DNA from: Eledone cirrhosa
Taxonomy: Eukaryota
Assembly (NCBI GenBank): GCA_964016885.1
Contig: OZ024742.1
Span: forward strand, 47,306,001-47,370,000
Reading direction: 5' to 3'
DNA: 64,000 nt
The stretch's first letter is position 1, and the number at the start of each line of letters is the position of its first letter. Positions 59,513-64,000 of the stretch are shown here, one piece after another. Made by a program: the position numbers and the translations under genes. Under the pieces are notes generated by a model that saw only the letters and a list, made by a program, of their open reading frames with translations, was not told the origin of the DNA and did not search any database.

Positions 59513-61665
59513 TTAAACCATATTTAATGCTGGTCTATATTTTTGAATAAACATATTTTCCTTATTTATTCGTATTTGTTCTGTTGTATTGTTAGCGCAA
59601 AGGTAAAATGGGAAGACTTGGAATTTAGGTGTCTTATTACTTGCGCAAATGTCTAGATGTGCGCTTAGTCGTATCTGTCTCGTGGTTGGATCTCGTAATT
59701 GTTGGCGATGAACTGTCATTCTGTTTCTGAGTGTGAGTTTAGTTTGTCCTATATAATCTTCATTGCATCCTTTACATTTAATGGCATAAAGCAGATTTTT
59801 TGATGAGCAAGTGAAGTAATTTTTTACAGTAAAATTCTGTCCTGATTTAAATGTATACGTGTTGCCTTCAATGAGGTGAGTGCAGGTTCCACAATTAGAG
59901 CGACCGGATTTTTTGACACTTGGTTGTGGGTTTGTGGTAGGTAATTTGGCATTGGTGTGTAATGTTTTCAGTGATTTCGCTTGTCTTTTGCTTTTGATTA
60001 TTTTGTGTGTTTCAAGGGCCTTTTTTCATTCTTGGGTTTTGTTTTAGTAGTGGGATGTTCTTGTGAATAGTGTTGTAAGCTTCCGCATTTCTTGGATTGT
60101 GTGTTGAGATATATGATAGAATATTGGACGTACCTTGAATTTGTTTCTGTTTTCGTAATTCATCAATGCCCTTTCTATTCCATAATTTATTAGTAATAGT
60201 GGGCACTCTCTTTTGAGTAGAATTTCCTTTAATTCTTGAAGTCTTTTATTTCGCGTTTCATAATTGGAGACAATTGTGCAAATTCTTCTTGCAAGGTTAA
60301 AAGGAATGTTCGTCTTCGTGTGCTTTGGATGGTTGGAGGTGAATAGCAGGTATTAAGATGTCCAGAAATGGAAGTTGATCTTGGCTGTATTCCATTGTGA
60401 ATTGGATGTGGTTATTGATGGCGTTTATTAAGTTTTTGAAATCCTTCAGTTGGTCGAGTGTGAGGGACCAAAGCATGAGACAATCAACCAAGTAGCGTTT
60501 CCAATTCTCTGATAAAAATTTGTGGAAGTTCAATCCATATTTTGATTTGGACTGTTCATATATCTGGACTTCTAAGTATGCCATGACTAAGTTGGCATAA
60601 GTTGGAGCGGCTTTTGTACCCATCGTAGTCCCCGATATCTGCTTGTAAGAACTGCCATCGAAATCAAAAAAGTTGTTCTGTAAGATGAAATTTAATCCCT
60701 CGGTTATGAAGTTTTTTTCTATTCTGTCAGGTCTCTCATTGGGATATTTCTCTAGCCAGAATCCTATTGTTTCTAGTCCGTATTGGTGTGGGATCGTTGT
60801 GTAGATATTCACTACATCGAAAGACACAATAATAGTGTCGTTGTTGACATGTTTGGGGAGGTGGTTTAAGAGGTCCAGATCGTCTCTTACAAGGCTTGGT
60901 ATGTGTTTGAGAATTGATTTTAGTAGTATGTCTATATAAAGTTGCTCAGTCTGTGTGTTTCACATTGTGGGCCCGCTACAATTGGTCTTAATTTAAGGTC
61001 TGTGGGGGTATTCTGTGTTTACGCAGGCTGAGGTGGATTGTTTACAGGCATCGTTAATTATTTTACACTTGTGGATCTTCGGAAGTCCGTAAAGGTTGCT
61101 GGTTTTGTATTCAAAATGTGTTAAATAATCGTGTTCCTTTTTAGTTAGGTCTTCCTGGTATCGATAAATAAGTGTGTTTAATCTGGTCATTGTTTTTGAT
61201 TGCTGGTAGATTTTTACTCTTTCATAGTAATTAGTATTTTGTAAGAGAGAGAACATAGAATTTTTATATTTTTCAGCCTCCATAATAACAACAGTACTTC
61301 CCTTGTCCGCTTCCTTAATTATAATGTACGTATTGTTTTTTAGTTCATGGATAATCTCCCATTCCCTTCTACTCGTGTTGGGTTTGGGTTTAGGTTGCGG
61401 TAGTTCATGGTATGGGAAGGTAGCTATGTGGTCACAACATTTGTCCAGAACTCTGTTTCTAGCTTTTGTTGGGTTGTAGCTGCTTTTATTCCGTACAATT
61501 GATTCGTCGTTATTCTCCTTGCCAAAGAATTCCTCTGTGAGACGTAATTTTCTACAGAAGTGTGAGATATCGTCATTTATCTCATTTGGGTTAGAGTATT
61601 GTGGTGTTGGTGTAAATTTCAGCCCTTTGGAGAGAATTTTTACTTGTTGGGCTGGGAGAAATTAA
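59513..61665 (-). pseudogene. PLE polyprotein: RT, zinc linker and GIY-YIG; frameshifted
   Basis: LSKGLKFTPTP, IIIKEADKGSTVVIM, LYGLPKIHK, SFDVVNIYTTIPH, QISGTTMGTKAAPTYANL, WKRYLVD, LPFLDI, FTCSSKNLLYAIKCKGCNEDYIGQTKLTLRNRMTVHRQQ, RINKENMFIQKYRPALN. Confidence 0.93.
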
Positions 61666-61907
61666 AAAACCGTTGGAAGATAATAGATCATTTAAAAGAT
61701 TTTGATATGAAAAGTTTATGAGGTTTATGCATGAAGAATAATGAATTAAGAATAGTATTAAATTAAGGTGTGTATATTGAAGGGTTTAATAATATGTGCG
61801 GAGAAAAAGAATTTATTAATATGTATTTTTATAATAAAAATATTAATGATATTAAGGATATAATGTGAAAAGAAGGAGAAGAATAAATGATTTATGAATT
61901 TAGAGGA

Positions 61908-62272
61908 ATTAGTTAGGGTTTAAGTTTATTTTTATGTATTGTAATATGTATACGTAAATAGTATGTTTAAAATGAGCGCAGAAGGAGAGAAGAAAAAATA
62001 ATGTTTAAGGAAGAAAATATCTAACGTCAAAAAGTATATATCTTTATGAAATATTTTCTAATGGTAATATTATAATATATTAAAAAGAAATTAGTTAGGG
62101 TTTAAGTTTGTTTTTATGTATTGTAATATGTAAAAGTAAAAGTAAGTAGTAAGTTTAAAACGAGCATGGAAGGAGAGAAGAGAGCAGAAAAATTTAAGGA
62201 CAGAATATATAACGTCAACAAGTTTATATGTTTACGAAAAACTTCTAATGGTAATATTATAATGTATTAAAA
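61908..62272. repeat. ~180-bp diverged tandem duplication upstream of the PLE ORF
   Basis: ATTAGTTAGGGTTTAAGTTT.TTTTTATGTATTGTAATATGTA...TTCTAATGGTAATATTATAAT occurs twice. Confidence 0.85.
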
Positions 62273-62666
62273 AAATAGTTTTAATGGCTAATAATATGAG
62301 GAAAGATGGAAGAATGGATAATTTGGTAGTGAGTAATAATATGAATTGAGAAGTAATTGGGAAGAAAAAGTACAGATTAGAGATTAGAAATTAAAAAAGA
62401 AAAAAAGAAGAAAAGAAGAATGACATAGAATGAGTAAATTGTATTATATAATATATAATACTGAAATAAGGTAGAAAGATGGGTATATTTGTAAAAGATA
62501 CATAAGCCTTTGAGAAAAGAGGATTTTAAACTAATAAGGTATTGAGATATTAGCTGTATACTCTATGGAATGTTCTATGGGATTTATGCAAGCAGAGCGA
62601 AAGTAAATCTGTGCGTCTATTTATTATAGAATTGAAATTAGATATAATGGTAAATTTCTAACCTCC

Positions 62667-62718
<52 letters not shown>

Positions 62719-62722
<4 letters not shown>

Positions 62723-63093
62723 GCGGTTGTCTCCCTTGTTTTGATTAGGATCTAGACGGGAAGTGGAACCCTTTCTGCAACTTCCGGTCAGAGCCCTATA
62801 AAACTAACAACTTTAAGCTTCCTTCCTCTCTTTGCCTTTTCGGCACCAGGTCAAGAGCCTCTCATTGGGCTCCGCCATTAATTTGGCCAACAGGCGCCTG
62901 GCCTTAGCCAGGCGTCCTCTGCCAGCCGCGTTTGCCTGGCAATCAAAACGGTAACTACTAACTTTGCTTCATTCTAACAACATCCTCATCTTTGACATGT
63001 CAAGTATACTATCTACCATTGTTAATTAAATATTATACACACAAACCATGTCTCGTTTTGTTACATTCATACAACCTCAGTAATCTCGCTATA
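62719..63093 (+). mobile_element. 5' LTR of an LTR retrotransposon (probably Gypsy-type), inserted in (TA)n
   Basis: Starts TGTAGCG and ends CGCTATA (inverted termini). TATA-like CTATAAAA at ~62796, ATTAAA at ~63025, and a PBS follows immediately. Confidence 0.75.
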
Positions 63094-63094
63094 T

Positions 63095-63111
63095 TGGTAA
63101 CCCTGACGTGA
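63095..63111 (+). promoter_or_regulatory. Primer-binding site complementary to the tRNA-Trp 3' end
   Basis: TGGTAACCCTGACGTGA versus the Trp PBS TGGTGACCCCGACGTGA (2 mismatches). Confidence 0.8.
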
Positions 63112-64000
63112 CACGAACACGCAGCCGTTCATCGCTATAAGTGGTCACCCCCCCAAAAAGAGAAAAAAATAGCACATCTGGTTTTGTGAGTAACATTACG
63201 AATACACAGCAAATTTAGCGACAAACTATGAAAATACTCAAGGACACGCACTCACGCACATGTGGAATTCGCACAGACAGACTTTTTCTCTCACGCATCA
63301 ATTAACTGTCGCATTTCACCAATATATATATATGTTTCTCGTTTCTTACAACGAACACTTTCAAAACAAAAAAAAAAAAAAACATTTCACGATATATATA
63401 TATGTTTCTCGTTTCTTACAACGAACTCTTTCAAAACACAAAAAAAAAAAGAAATTTGATATTCTTTAAAAAAACATTTCAACAGGAACATTTATTTTCG
63501 ATGAACCATTGCCTTTTTGTTCATCGTTTTCTTCATCGTTCAAGTTTTTTTTTCTTTTTTTTTTCCAAAAGTTCACACCAATAATTATGCTGAGTGAAGC
63601 CTTTCTTTTTCATCATTGTCACTTTCAAAATTGCACTATCATTTTCTCGCGCGTTAGAAATATTATTTTTTTCAACCTTGTATTGGCACGTGTAGGCAGC
63701 ACAAATTCTCGATTCACAGAGATGTCTCTACTCACAGACAGCCGCACGCAAGAGATAACATTTCTCACCAGGGATTCTTCAGCCTTAAGCTATATTCTTC
63801 TATTTGCCGGTTTATAAATTTACAATGTAAATTTACCGTTGATAACCGCGCATTTATTGGGAATGCTTATTTCTCTGGTCGCTGGCCTCTTGACCCTTCC
63901 AGGTCAACGCATTCTCAACATCGACCATCAACTTCGGCTGCTATTTCTAGCACTTTGCGCAACTCATTTTTTCTAAAAAAAATTTTTTTGCTGTGAATTT

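Noticed and set aside
63700-64000. gag ORF of the LTR element
   Set aside because: No convincing open frame or motif is visible before the window ends.

Overview
This is AT-rich, microsatellite-dense animal DNA. The SINE family and repeat landscape look octopus/cephalopod-like, which is an inference. No intact multi-exon host gene is evident, and most ORFs in the track are translations of (TA)n/(CA)n/(GA)n runs. Recognisable content: (1) a near full-length but decayed L1/Tx1-type LINE (5246-11025) inserted in an (ATT)n array; (2) Penelope-like elements (PLEs) of at least three distinct protein types, seen as RT and/or GIY-YIG remnants at about 21.9, 39.5, 43.6, 51.0, 53.6, 55.3 and 59.5 kb; (3) RTE and R4/Dong LINE relics; (4) six clear copies of a tRNA-headed Nin/Deu-core SINE; (5) the 5' LTR and tRNA-Trp PBS of an LTR retrotransposon at the right end. 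The most striking feature, found by folding by eye, is about 20 hammerhead-ribozyme (HHR) motifs from roughly a dozen dissimilar sequence types. Most sit in short inverted-repeat cassettes inside (TA)n runs. They include a U3-A8 compensatory core variant (UUGAAAA) present in three copies, several HHRs with 45-80 nt insertions in stem II, and a 460-bp cassette with two different HHRs on opposite strands. A speculative two-exon small secreted-peptide gene (33013-33067 plus 47977-48032) is also flagged.
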